Positions 26,319 through 40,700 of a DNA stretch of 64,000 nt are shown here, piece by piece. The notes beneath the pieces were generated by a model that saw only the letters and a program-made list of their open reading frames with translations, searched no databases and was not told the origin of the DNA. This stretch comes from Paragordius varius (lineage: Eukaryota; Animalia; Nematomorpha). The position numbers were made by a program, and so were the translations under genes. How positions within the stretch are numbered: the first letter of the stretch is position 1; every line of letters begins with the position of its first letter. Location of the stretch: assembly GCA_964247055.1 (NCBI GenBank), contig OZ176053.1, forward strand, positions 558,001 to 622,000, in the 5' to 3' direction.

Positions 26319-27536
26319 CTAATTAATACGACAAAAAAATTAAAGAAAAATAAATTTAAATTATATAAAGAAAATTTGCACTGCAAACCATGCCTGCCTT
26401 ACAAAATCTTATATATAAAAAATCATGCATTTTAACTAAAGAGGGGTCCACACCTAAGATCAGATCGTTTCAACACAATCTTTCCTCTTGGGTACAGTAA
26501 GGAGCACTATTAAAGGCCATTTTTATATTTTGAAACGGTTAAAATGTGATTTTTAATGTCAGTAGCCCCCATGTATAAAATTATTCGTTTTTATTAATTC
26601 CATTTTTAGGGAACTGTGGAGAAAAATACATAGTCTTTATTCAAATATGTAACTAAGGAAAAGGAAAAATCGCATATACATGGGGTTACTAACATATAAA
26701 TTAAATATTGTTATTTTAGCCATTGAAAATACAGATATGACTTATGATAGAGCTCGTTACTGTATATATGCATTCCAGGCACACACTCAATTCAAGGGAA
26801 AATTTATACGGAAACACTGCAATACAAGGGGTGGGGGTGGCATAATAGTTCCTTTAGTGTTGGGTGAAGGATCATGCGTATTACAAAATAAATTACAGTC
26901 ATGTATCCTTTATTTTATCAAAAATTTATTTTTTTATAGTTAAATGGGTAAAAATATTCAGGTAAAAAATGAAAAAAAACAAGAGCTTTATGGTAATTCT
27001 TATACTTTTTGATGAATATGATAGATATTGTTAATACCATAGAGCTCTTGTTTTTTCCATCCTTTAACAAAGATTTATACCCATTTAACGAAAGAAAATA
27101 ATTTTTTCATAAATTAAAATAGTAAGAATGCAATGGTTGAACCTATATGTTTAAATATTATATATAAAAAGAAATCACAGCAAAGAGTGCAAAGGATGCG
27201 TATACAATTGAAAAGTATGAATACTATATTTTTTGTAAATCAAACAAATTTATTTTCATAATTGCACAATAATATACACAAGTAATAATACTTAAAATTT
27301 GTAATCTATTGTTAAATAATTTATATATATATAAGGTGTTTGTGAATGAGATTTATTGCATGATAGTTATATGAAAATATATGAGATACAGGCAATAAAA
27401 TATAAAATTGTTGACTGATGGGTCATAAAAAATGTAAAATTGTTTTATAAACTTAAAAAGGCGACTGACTGTGTGTGTAATCCAAAATATAGTAAAATAA
27501 ATAATTTACCAGTTTTTTTTACAATTTAGGCATAAA

Positions 27537-27588
<52 letters not shown>

Positions 27589-28230
27589 GTAAAATATAGG
27601 ATAATAACACAAAGTAATGATAATATACCATAAATACAGTAAAAATTAAATTTATACGGACAAAACGTAAAAATATAAAGACAAATATTTTTTCTAAAAG
27701 ACAACAAACATACCTTTTAAATCATTATTTATTTCAAACTAACTCATTTTCAAACAAAGTGCGAAATAGAAATATTTATACCTAACACAAATTCCATATT
27801 TAAGAATTGTCACTAAATAACTTATATGAAAAAAATTAAGAATTAAAAAGTATGTTTGTCTCTTAGTAGAATAAAAATATTTGTCGTCTTTATATTTTTG
27901 CGTTTTGTCCTTTCGTATAATTTCAATTTTTACTATATGTTAAGGAAATATAATGGAAAAAAGCGAACAAAAAGAAATAAGATTTTTTATATAATTTTGA
28001 CTTTGAAAGGAGAGCCAGGAACGTTATCACCATACTTTACGAGTAAAAATAAATCCCCCTTTTCAGCCACCACATAAGTTACTTGGAAATTAAAACTAGA
28101 TATGGTTCGAACACTTACCTCTTGAAGGGGCCCGTGGGGACCCCAGGCATTTACTGTAAGCAAATCTTGACCTGCGAACACATACATACGCACACATGTT
28201 AGGGTTTTTATCATGGCAAATATGTGTGCA

Positions 28231-28274
<44 letters not shown>

Positions 28275-28547
28275 ATTTACAATTCAAATTCGCCCTCAAA
28301 CAAATCCGCCCTAAAAAATATTATGTGTTTTTAGCCTAATATAACTTATTATTAATAAGAAATATAATCTTATGGCTTAGTTTATTATTTTTTTTGGTAT
28401 TATATGAATTTTAAACGTAATTTTATTTTTTTAAAATATATTAAAAAATATAGGTAACTTTTAATTTTAAACACATAATTTCTTTTAGGGGTAAATTTAA
28501 ATTGTTCAAGGCTAAATTTGAATTGTTTAAGGGTGAATTTGAAAAAT

Positions 28548-28581
<34 letters not shown>

Positions 28582-31500
28582 CAAATTTATCTAGAATTTT
28601 GGGCGCGCGTTAGTCACAGTCACCCCCCTTAAAACAAATAAAACCTCCACAGTTTTTTAAAATATCAATCTTTTCATCTTATAAAGTTTACAAAAAGTAA
28701 AACTCTCATTTTCAAAACTTACCAGCTTTACTGCAATTAACCATGAAAACGTTGTGTTTGTTAAGGAAAGCTTTTTGAAGACCCATACCCCGCGTTTCAA
28801 CCTTACTTGCATCCGATTTGAAGTGTGGAAGGGTGAATTCATTGGCTTTAGAACCGGATATTTTGGTAACTGTTTCAATACTTAAGTCTGAGGTTTGTCT
28901 ACGATCCGTACTGTGAGGAACTAAGCCACCCTTTTTACCTAAAACAAAAAAGTGTTAAAATTATATATAAAGTTTTAATAATAGGTGTGTGGGTAGAAGA
29001 TTGAAATAATTTTATATTCCTCAAATATGACAAGCGAGGACGTGGTTAGTAAGATTTATTAATATTATTTTTTTTAATAGTTTTGAGAAAAAATTTATTT
29101 TATATATAAATGAGTTTTTTTAAAATTGCTAATTGAATGTAAAATTCATCATTAATCGATTTATTTAACTAAAATTAGTTTATTAAGCGTGCATTTTATT
29201 GAAAACACATAAAATAAATTAAAAAAATACATAATTAAAAATGCAATAAAAAATTTAATCATACCTTCGACTATGGCTTTAAACGGACTGCCTGTGATAT
29301 GATGGCCGCCATATTTGATTGTTATATAATAGTTTCCAGGGACAGTTGGGGTCCATTTAAACTACATACATACGTATTTATATAAAAAATCATGTAATTT
29401 TATAAATTTTTAATAAATGTAAAAAAAATTTTTTGTGTATACTTTATATCCTTCAGAATCTTCATGAGATAAAATTTCAGTTTTGCCTGGCCCATCGATT
29501 TCAACGTGTAAAAGACTCGTGCCAGAATCCGCCGTGTTAACAAAAAACTCATTGGGTTGATCTATAACATAAACGGGTATTAAACATACACATTGTTTAT
29601 GGACAAAAAAAGTTAATTTGACAAAACAAAGCGCTTAAATAGACACTATCAATTAAATTTTGAAATAAAAATTGACTTAAACGTAAAAAATTGATAAAAA
29701 TAGCCAATATTTTTGCATAAAAACTCACTAAGAACACCGACAGAAAGACCCTTTCCACTACATTGGACTCTGAAGGGATCGCCTTCTACATCTTTGCCCA
29801 CACGAATACGGAAAGGTGAATGTCGAATATGGACATGATTGAATTTTATATTGACATAGTGTGTGCCTATATATAGTATCATGAATTGATTAATAAACAA
29901 GGAAATATTTATTGTTTAAACACAATATTGGGATAGAAAATATAAATAAGAAATTAACAGTACAAATTAAGATTATACGGAAGACAAAAAGTAAAAACAA
30001 TTTTTTTTTTAAAACATACAATAACCATACTTAATTGATTTTAATAAATATACAGTATGAATAAGTATACATTACCAGAAAGTTATTAATTATTGCCAAA
30101 TAGCATATGCAGCAAAGAGAATTATTATTGGGGCTAATATTAGTAAAAAATGAAATACTATAAGCCAATAATGCCCTTTGTTGTATATTGTGTTTGGCAA
30201 TAATTAATAACTTTCTAGCAATGTATACTTACTCATACTGTAAAATGTTGTTTAAATTAGAAAGTAGGAAATTGGCACATATATTAGATAGATATTGGTA
30301 AAACAATCAATTATATATTTTACGTTTGTAATAAGTGTGTGGTCGTCTATTGAAAAAAAATTTTGTCTATATATTTTTATACGTCCGTATAATTTCAGTT
30401 TTTACTGTATGTAATATGTATTATTGTATTTAAAAACATTTTTAAAGCTTTTTGATGATGATTTATTTTATAAATTAATAAAGTGATTTCGTTAGTTAAA
30501 ATCATTATTCCTACCAGTATATATGTAAAGATAGGTCTGGTAACATGATTAACAATATCATATTTCTTCTATATCAACTGGAATTACAATGCAACTTTTT
30601 TTATAAAATTAAAACATTCATAAACTGCGTAATACCTTTAACTTTAGGCATAAATCGGACTAAATAATCATCGTCCCCACTGGGTAATATATAGCAATCA
30701 TCTTCTTGGCCTGCAGGATTTACTACTTTGGCATCCAAATGACCTTCACAAAAAAGAAATATAAAATTAAATTTAGAAAGGTTTTGTAAGACACTCTATA
30801 TACAGAGAAAAAACTGAATCTGTTGTTTTTGAATAGAAATTATAATTAATAATAACTAAAATAATGTGTAATAAAAATTAACATTGTAAAATTTATAAAT
30901 TATCACGGCTATTTCGTGTATGTAACTTTGTACAAACATTCTTTATAAAAATTAGATAATCAGATTAAAATATTAGGATTAAACATAAGTCAAAGAAGCA
31001 TTTTATAGGTACTGATAAAAATTCATGAAATTTAAGGCTTTTAACTTTTATTCACAACTCTCTTAAATATGAAATCCATCATCACTCTAAACTAAATAAA
31101 GTTGATAGCCTAAAAAATCATGTATTTTATCTTAAGTAAAAAACTTGATTTAAAACTAACCCTTGGCGCCATTCATTTTAACGGTAAACGTGACGGGTTT
31201 ATTGTTAACGGCAGAACCGCTAATCATATCCTCCAGGCCAGTTACTGTAATTTTTCGGGCTTCACCCATGGGCGGAGTCACATACAGGGTGAAGGGTGAA
31301 TCGGGGATAGCTTTATCATTGAACAGTATATTGATTTTATATTCCCCCGCCTAATAAGAATTAAAGAGTAAGTACTTGTTTTTTATGATTAATAAGTTAT
31401 TTTTAATCGGGCTATGACCATTAAAATTATAAAAATATAAATTGTCAAAAATTAAAATTTAAAAAGCTTTATCATTGAACAGTATATTGATCTTATATTC

Positions 31501-32071
31501 CCCGGCCTAATAAGAAATAGAGAGTCTGTACTTCTTTTTTATCATTAATAAGTTATTTTTAATCGGGCTTTGATATAGTAATTCAAAAAAAAGATATAAA
31601 TTGTCAAATTAAAATTTAAAAAGCTTTATTATTGAACAGTATATTGATCTTATATTCCCCGGCCTAACACATTGTATTGAATATACGCATATATATGTGA
31701 AAATAAAAGAGTGTGTACTTGTTTTATCATCATTTTGGGTTATTTTACAGAAGAATACGGCTTTTTTAACATAATAATTCAAAAAAATTAAAAATATGTA
31801 ACGGTTAAAAATTTTTAAAATCAAATTAATACTATTTTAACAAAAAAACCTCTGTATAAATTTTAATCTTAAATTAAAAACTTAAAAATATGGTAGTAAG
31901 ATCAAAATATTTTTTTATCTCAACAAATATACTTCAGCGCACAAGTATTCAACTGCGGAATATCCATTATCGAGATTATCGAAAGTGATTTGGGCTTTTC
32001 CTGGCCCATCTATGCCCACAGAAAGGGTACCTTCACCCGCTTCGTGCGTATTAATATTGAACTCTCCTGTT

Positions 32072-32104
<33 letters not shown>

Positions 32105-33056
32105 ATTAACAATTCAAATTCACCCTTGAACAATTCAAATTCACCCTTGAACAATTCAAATTCACCCTAAAAATAAATTATGTGTTTTTGGGCTAATATA
32201 ACTCATTATTAATATGAAATATATATTTATGACATAGTTTATTATTTTTGCAGCATTATATTAATTTTAATCAGAATTTTATATATTAAAAATATTATTA
32301 AAAAATAAAGGTAATTTCTAATGAGAAAAACACATAATTTATTTTTGTGCCTTTGAATAATTCGAGGTTGAATTCTCCAGTTTATAAGATTAAAAAAATA
32401 TAAGAATTGATATTATGCAGACGAAAAATTAGGCAAAACTGAGCAAATAAAAAAATATAAAGATCATATATTTATGAATTGAAATGACATAATTAATATA
32501 GGAAAAATTAAGGTTTAAAATAAAAGTAGAGCGAGAGGAAAAAAAGTCTATATCCGTATAAATTCAATTTTTACTAAAAAATGTATGTTATTAAATCAAA
32601 AATTAATATTAGGACCAAGAAGTTGAAAGGTAAAATATTGAGATAATTTATTAAAAAACCAACCATATGTTTAAGCCTTAATTTTTTATGTAATAATCTA
32701 TTGTTTTAAAGTTGTGAAATAAGAAATAGATATGAAAAATATTTCAATAATTATTGTAATTTAAAGGCAAATAAAGTAATTATAAAAAATATTACTGGTT
32801 TTTTTTAAGTATTGCTAATTTTAAATGGTAATTTTTTCCAAGTAAAAATTTTCAAATTAATTTTATCTTTGAAAAATGCTTAAAAAACTAACCTTTTTGA
32901 TTAACTTCAACTTGTTCCAAGCCAGGACCATAAGCTTTAACCTTATGAGCACCTGTTCCATCCGTTCGAACAATCTCACCAACGGTGAATGGGAACGGAC
33001 TCCCTATATAAAATATTTTTATAAAATAAATGGATTTAAAAAAATGATTAAAATTA

Positions 33057-33125
<69 letters not shown>

Positions 33126-36100
33126 ATGTTCAAAATGAAGCTCCGTCGTTATAAATATAAGTAAAGTATTCTTAGATTTATTTAAATATTTTGAGAAAAA
33201 AACAATATAGAATCCAATATATACCATTTACAAATTCCTTGAACAATCTAAATTCACCCTTGAACAATTCAGATTCACCCTAAAATAAATTAAGTGTTGT
33301 TTAAGCTTAAAAATTACTTTTTTAAAAATGAAATTTCATTTAAAATTTAAATAATGATGAAAAAATAATAAAATCATTAAGGTATAATTCATATTAATGA
33401 GTTATTTTAGACCTAAAACACAATTATTTTTAGGGTATATTTGAATTGTGGGAGAATTTGAATTGTAAATGGTATATACGTCCAACATATATTTTATTAA
33501 TCCATTAAATTGTATTTGAAAAAATCATGATTTTCTATCTTATTGATGAAGCAATATATATATTGTTGAAAATGTGTTATCTCCTATCACTTTAAAACGT
33601 ACTTAATGAGAAACAGTTTTTAAAGCAAAACATCAAATTTTTAATCACCCTCCTCCTTATACAGTGTTAAAACCAAATTTTTCTGATCATATAATAAAAT
33701 GTTATATGGATTTACCTTGAATATGTTTTCCCTTATACTTGACACTTATACTGTGAAGTCCTAACTCCTGAGCCTTAAACTGAACACTAAATCGATTATT
33801 GCCTTGATTTACGATTTCACAAAGTTCGACCGAACCATTCGGAAAAGTTACTTGGGCCAAAAGATCAAGGGGGTCAGTATCTGTGAAAATAACGAAATAA
33901 GTAAAAATTTACTTGTTTTGGAGAAATTTTTTTATGTAAATTTTATCCTTCAACATATAAATTCAAAAAAAAGGTTTTTACTATATATGGGAAAAAATAA
34001 GTGCGTCGTCGGTTTAGGATATATTAAAAATTTCTCAGCCGTCAAATTTCTAAAACTTAAAAAGATCTTTTTATAAAATGGGTAAATATTAAAAAATTTA
34101 ATATATATAGTTAATTTGACCAAAAAACCGGAGATAAGTAGCTTATTGGGTATATTTGCACTTATTTTAATAATTCTACGCACGTTTAAGAATAAGTTTA
34201 AAAGGTATATATTTAGCCTGAATATTTCAAAAAATCCTTATATATATTCGAACTTTTTTTTCAAAAAAAACTAAAAATTGAATCTAAAATAAGGTTTGGC
34301 TTACCCAACAAAAGGATATTAAGTTCACAATTGCTTCCAGGTTGCGTTTCCTTCGCAGCAGAAATTTTCTTTTTGATAACTTCACGCTGAACATCTACAC
34401 CCTTACCGGTAACTTTGACGGAATATGGACTTCCTATGAAAGGCAATTAATATTTTATTATAAGGATTTTTTGTTAAAATTTATATGGTTTTCAACAGTA
34501 AAAAATAAAGTTTTTTGTGAATTTTATATATGTATTTCAAAATTAATAATACTACATATAATATGTAAAAGTTAGTTAGTTGGTTAATTAAAGCATTAGT
34601 ATATATATGTAATGATATTAAAAAATATATATTTTTAAAAAAAATAGTTTAAAAATGTACAGACCAGTTTTCCGCGTTAAGCTGACTCCGCTCGCTTCAT
34701 AACACACATAAAAATATAAAAATTAGTAATATATATATATATATATATATATAAGTGTGCAATGTATGCATAGTATGTATACAGTAAAAAAGTGAAATTA
34801 TACGCAAGGAAAAACGTTATATAAAGACAAATATTTTTTTTTAAAAGAACCATACTTTTTAAATATTTCTTGATTATTTTTTCAATATAACTAACTCATT
34901 GTTCTAAATGGCAAAACGTGAAATAGAGATATATTACTGACACAATCAATCTATGTTTTGCAATTGTAACTAAATAGCTTATATGGGGAACATTTAGGTT
35001 TAAAAAAGTAAAAATTATTTGTCTCTATATTTTTACATTTTGTCCTTGAGTAATATATCATAAAAATCAAATCAAATCAAAATTACTTTAAATTACAATA
35101 ATGAATTTCTTTGGGCATTTAAAAAATCTTTTAGTAAAAATAAACTGTTAAACAGTAAAAATCTCAATGACCTTAACTACATGTTGTTAAAATTTAAAAA
35201 AAAATTAGGGATAAATTATTTAAAAAAATTCAAAAATATTGCTAATATAAAGTAATGAATGTAATAATAATAAATTAGTATTGGTAAATGAAACTTGCTT
35301 TCTTAAGTTGAGGCACAATTATTTGGTGTTCTAAAATGGATGGGCCATAACAAATGCATAAATAATTAGTTAGTATAAAGATATATATAGAAAGCGTATA
35401 TTAATATCGATTATTGAAGCATTTAGCAACCAATAGAAAAATCAAAATTCATTTTATTAATAATCCATGACCATTTGGGGTATTTTAATATCCCAGGGCA
35501 ATTTTAAATTCGAATATCATAATAGATATTAAAAGTATTAAGCCGAATTTCAAAATATGTTTTCATTAGACTTTTAGGCGCATTATACAAAAAAGATTTT
35601 TTTGCAAAAAATGTAAAATTGTAAAAAAATGCTCATTTTAAAATTTTTTGCCGGCTTTTTTGCTTATTAAGTTTTATCAAATCGCTAATGAAACATGCAA
35701 ATAAAAGTATATTAGGATGAGAAAATGAAATTAATTAACGTTAAAAAGCTTTCATGTTTTGAGCGGTCTCAATTTTAGACTCTAGAAGTCACAAAAAAAC
35801 TGTAAAAAATTTAAGCTTTTTTATCTAACAAATGAAAATAACAATGTCTGATAATTTTAAAATAGCTTTCAATACTGTGCGTTTATTTACAAAATTGAGC
35901 ATGGGGATATAAAACTACCCCAATATGTCAAGACAAAAAAGTGAAATGGTCAAAAAGTGTTAATAACATACAATGGACCACCCCCCACTCATCATAAATT
36001 TGTTCAATATTGAAAAACGCTTATATAAAAAATAGCTCATGTTTTAATTAATTTAATATAATTTGTTTTTTAAAACTTTTATAAATCCGTATTCATTATA

Positions 36101-37680
36101 TAAAATATTATATTAATTATGAAAAAATAACTAAAAATTATTTAATTATTGGTTAAAAAATAATTTAAATAATTTAAATAATATTTCAGTTTATCTATGT
36201 ATCATGATGATGACAGGGGTCCACTATATTGAATGTTAAATTTAAGCAAAAAACCACGGTTAGTTATATTACTACAAGTTATTATAAATGTTTATTATGA
36301 ACATTTGAGAATTGAAAAAAAAGATATCCAAAAACATATATTTACTTTTGCTCATGGAATCGAATACGTGAAAATATATGGATTGAGTTTAAAAAATTTT
36401 TTATTGGAACCAAAGACAGTTTTTGAAAAATGTAAATATTAATAAAAATTTAAAAGTTTAAAATCAAATTAAAATTCAAAATTTAAATATCCAATCAAAT
36501 CGAGATAGTTAGATAGATAGATATATGATTACAAAATCACACGCAATTAAGGACTAAAACAACAGTGTATAAAAAAGTTATTAAATCATCTCTCAATACT
36601 AAAAATTATTGCAAAACAAAATTTGATATATATATATATATAACGGTTTTATTTTTATTTTTTTTGTTCAATAAAAAAAATGAATTTAGCGATAAAAACC
36701 GATCATTATTAGTAATTGTATGGTTGGTGTGTGTGACACACACAAGAACATTTAACACAATAAAAATATTAAAAATTCATCATTTTTTACTTATTATTAA
36801 TTCAATCACAATCGCGTTGGCTCAAATTCCCCCTAATATTAATTATATCAATATTCACACATTTATCCTCAATTAATTTAAGAGTATAAAAATATTGTGT
36901 AATTTGTAAATTCAATCAATAATATCTAAACAATTCAATTCATTAATATCTTACACTCTCTAATATTTCAAAGGTAAAAAAAACTGTAAAAATACATTTT
37001 TTCCACTCTTAACTGTAAATTTTCACAACATACTGTGCCAAATGTATCGAGAATGTAAACTATCAAACAAATTATCAAAAAAATTAAAAGTTATATATAT
37101 TGATATATAGGTTAATTATGTTTGTTAATTAATTTCCAATAATTTTTTTAACAAGAACAAAATTTAATCCCCTCTTATTATGATTGTTGTTAAAAAAACT
37201 TTACAATAAATGGCATATTTGGCACAAGGAATCGGTTTTTAATCCTATTCTTCCCGTCTGTCACATGCAAGAAATATCAACATTGTTTAAAAAATGGTTA
37301 AAATATCTATCTATGATGATATAATAATTTTACAATTTGGTCAATAAGAAAAAAAATTGGTTAGTTATGTCTCAAAATACTTTTTTAAAAAAATCAATTG
37401 TAAATCTCTAATGTTTTCAAACGATTTCTGTGCTGCCGAATAAATAATTATATATGTTTTTGAGAAAAAAAACATTTTTTTAAATATATCATATCATATG
37501 ATTGTAAAACGAAACTGGACTTATCATGTTTATAATGTATATTACAATAAAAGTTTTTTAGTAAAAAATTTCAATTACACTGGCAAACACACAATCATAA
37601 ATATATGTTAAAAACAATAAATATTAGAGGTCAAGATAAGACTATATTATATCGTAACATATAATAAAATTGTAAATTAG

Positions 37681-37714
<34 letters not shown>

Positions 37715-40700
37715 TTTAAGCAAAGCGGAGTCGGCTCTTTAACTACTGTGTTATAAAACGATTTAATATTAAGATATACATAAATAAAATATTTAATACA
37801 GTAAAAATTGAAATTATACGGCAGGACAAAACGTAAATTTATAAAGATAAATATTTTCATCCAAAGGACAACCCCACATACTATTTAAAACCTTAATGTT
37901 TCCCATATAAGCTATTTAATTACGATTATAAAATATATAGAATTGATTGTGTTAGCATTATATATCTCTTTTTCGCACTTAAATGAATTATATTGATATA
38001 ATTCAAGATTTAAAAAGTATGGGGTTGTCTTTTAGAGAAAAATATTTGTATTTATATTTTTTCGTTTTGTCCGTTTATAATTTTAGTTTTTACTGTATCA
38101 ATCTTGATAAATCACACACAGAGTGTAAAAAATATAACATATTTTAACAATTTTAGCTAATTCATTGCCGCCTTATTCAGAAAATTTCTTAAAGAAAATT
38201 ATTTTGCTTAGATTTTGTAAAATATCTACAGATATAGAGGATCGCGTGTTGGACACCTCTACACAAGAGTATGGCATATATTGTTTGATTGGTTACAATA
38301 TAGGGTTAAACATGATCGAATTCCAACCATTGGTTGTTTTAAACCATACACTACTGTTTTTTGTAAAAAGAAGTTAAAAAGCCTAACCTTGTACATGATT
38401 ATCAGCAAATTTAATGTTGAGTTGATATTCCCCAGGTTGTTTTACAATGTAGGAAAAATCAGATGTGCCATCATGATTATCTATGCATTCAATTTCGGCA
38501 CGGCTGGGTCCTTCCATTGAAACATTCAAGCCGCCATAACCTATCATTATATAAATATATATTGATGAAATTCTTTTAATTGTTATATATCATTTATAGT
38601 TCAAATTTACCCTTAAAAAATTCAAATTCACCCTTGAACAATTCAAATTCACTCTTGAAATAAATTATGTGTTTTTGAATTCATATAATTTCTTATTAAA
38701 AATATAATATAAAATATACCTTTATGGCATAGTTTATTATTTTTTTAGTATTATTTTAATTTATCTGAAAAAAATATATAATTTATTTGAGAGTGAATTT
38801 GAATTGTTCAAGGGTAAATTTTAATAGTAAATGGTTTATATATAAATGATAACTAATATAGTGTGTCAAATCGGAAAATTTTCATATTTTTTCTTTTAAA
38901 TCACACCACTCTATGCCTAAGATATGCACTTAAAACAAACTGAAAAAGATTTTTTTTGTCTAAAAGTCAACAACCAACATATTTAAAAGGCAAAATGTAA
39001 TATTTAATTATGGCTATTTTCATAGCTTTCATCAAACGGATAAAATTGAAAAAAATTTAATATATAAAGTTAAAGAAAACTTTTATTTTCATTAACTTAT
39101 GTCCGAATCAACCGATATAAACATAAAAAATCGTCTTTCCTTCTATCTATGATATAATGATTGAAACAAACAAAATTTAATTATGTTATATCTTTTTTCT
39201 ACCAAAAACTCTTCCCCGTTCAATCATAAAAAGCGAAGATTCCATTTTAAAGCACAGATCTAACACAAAGAGTCTAAATTCAAAAAAAGATTTTTAACTC
39301 AATAACAAAAGTGTAAAGATAAACCTGCATTCTTAGTATCAACTTTAAAGAGATTAGCTTGCATAGTTTTTCCTTCAGTAACACCTTGACCAGTAATCCT
39401 AACTTTCGAAGCATCGCCCAAATCCTCTTTCTTAATGTTAACGGTGAAGGGAGAACCGGTAATTGGATCTCCATTCGGTTGAGTTATCCGTATAATATGC
39501 GGACCAATTTCATGCGGTGTAAAGGAAACACCTATTATATAATAATGGAATAAAAACATCTTGCAATTTCGTGAACAAATAAATGCTAAACTATCAAAAA
39601 TTAGTAGAAACAATAATATTTACTTTAATTAACAATGATAAAAAAATTTGATGCTACAAATGCCAAAAATTTAATTGTATCTGATGATGGGTTTAAATTA
39701 GGGCCATTTTATATAAAAAATATTGAAAATCTTATTGCCGATGTGTGGATAATTTCGACAGATTAAAATTTTGCCATATATTTTATCCATTTTATGGTGA
39801 GCGTGTCTCATTAAACTATATCCCAGTATTTAATAAAATATACTATACATTTAATTTTTTTTTTCCTTTTTTTCTTTTAAGACTAAAGTGGTAGGCATAC
39901 TTTAATAAGTTTACAACTTTGTCCAGGTCATATAATCAGTGAAAAGAATATTAAACAACATATTAAACTTATATACACATTATGCACATTTATGTTGGTC
40001 TATTCACATTATTGTTGGATCTTAAACGCTTTTACCAGCTTTTGATATTATTAAAATCTCAATATCGTGCGTATTAGTACCCGATTTCGTGATAAAATAT
40101 ATCAACACCAGTATAAATATATATAAAATAATATATTATTAAAGTTGCAAATAACACTAATACTGGAAATTTCTAAAACGCTTTCTATAAAATATTTTTG
40201 AGAAAAAGTTCATTAAGTATATATTATAACTTACCGACATATCCATTAGGCATACCACGTAAAACGCAAACATCCTCCAAGCCAGAGGGCGTAGTACACG
40301 TCGTTTTAACCCGTTTGACATCAAACGATTCGCCCCCCTCAACAAGCTTAAGGCTAATTTCATTGGAACAACCCAAGAGCATTTGAGTGCGTTTTGCGCC
40401 CTCACCCGAAATCTTAACGGTGAATGGACTACCTGCTATGTGGGATCCATTAAACTTTACATTGACACGGTAATCACCTGGGCGATTGGGGACATACGTT
40501 ACCTTAAATCAAATTTGATAAATGTAGAATTAAATTAAAATTAGTTGGCAAATTAGTTAAAAAATTTCCATCAATGTTTATATAAAAGCAATATGTAAAA
40601 GAACAACACTTTGAGTTGAATGAAAAGTAGTTGGAAAATATGTTACCTATGTTTTAAAATGATGTTAAAAGTTTTTGAATGAGTAAAATTGAGATTAAAA

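Noticed and set aside
36233-36876. Plus-strand ORFs in the 4-kb filamin intron as a nested gene
   Set aside because: They are low-complexity AT-derived translations, and no coherent splice model could be built.
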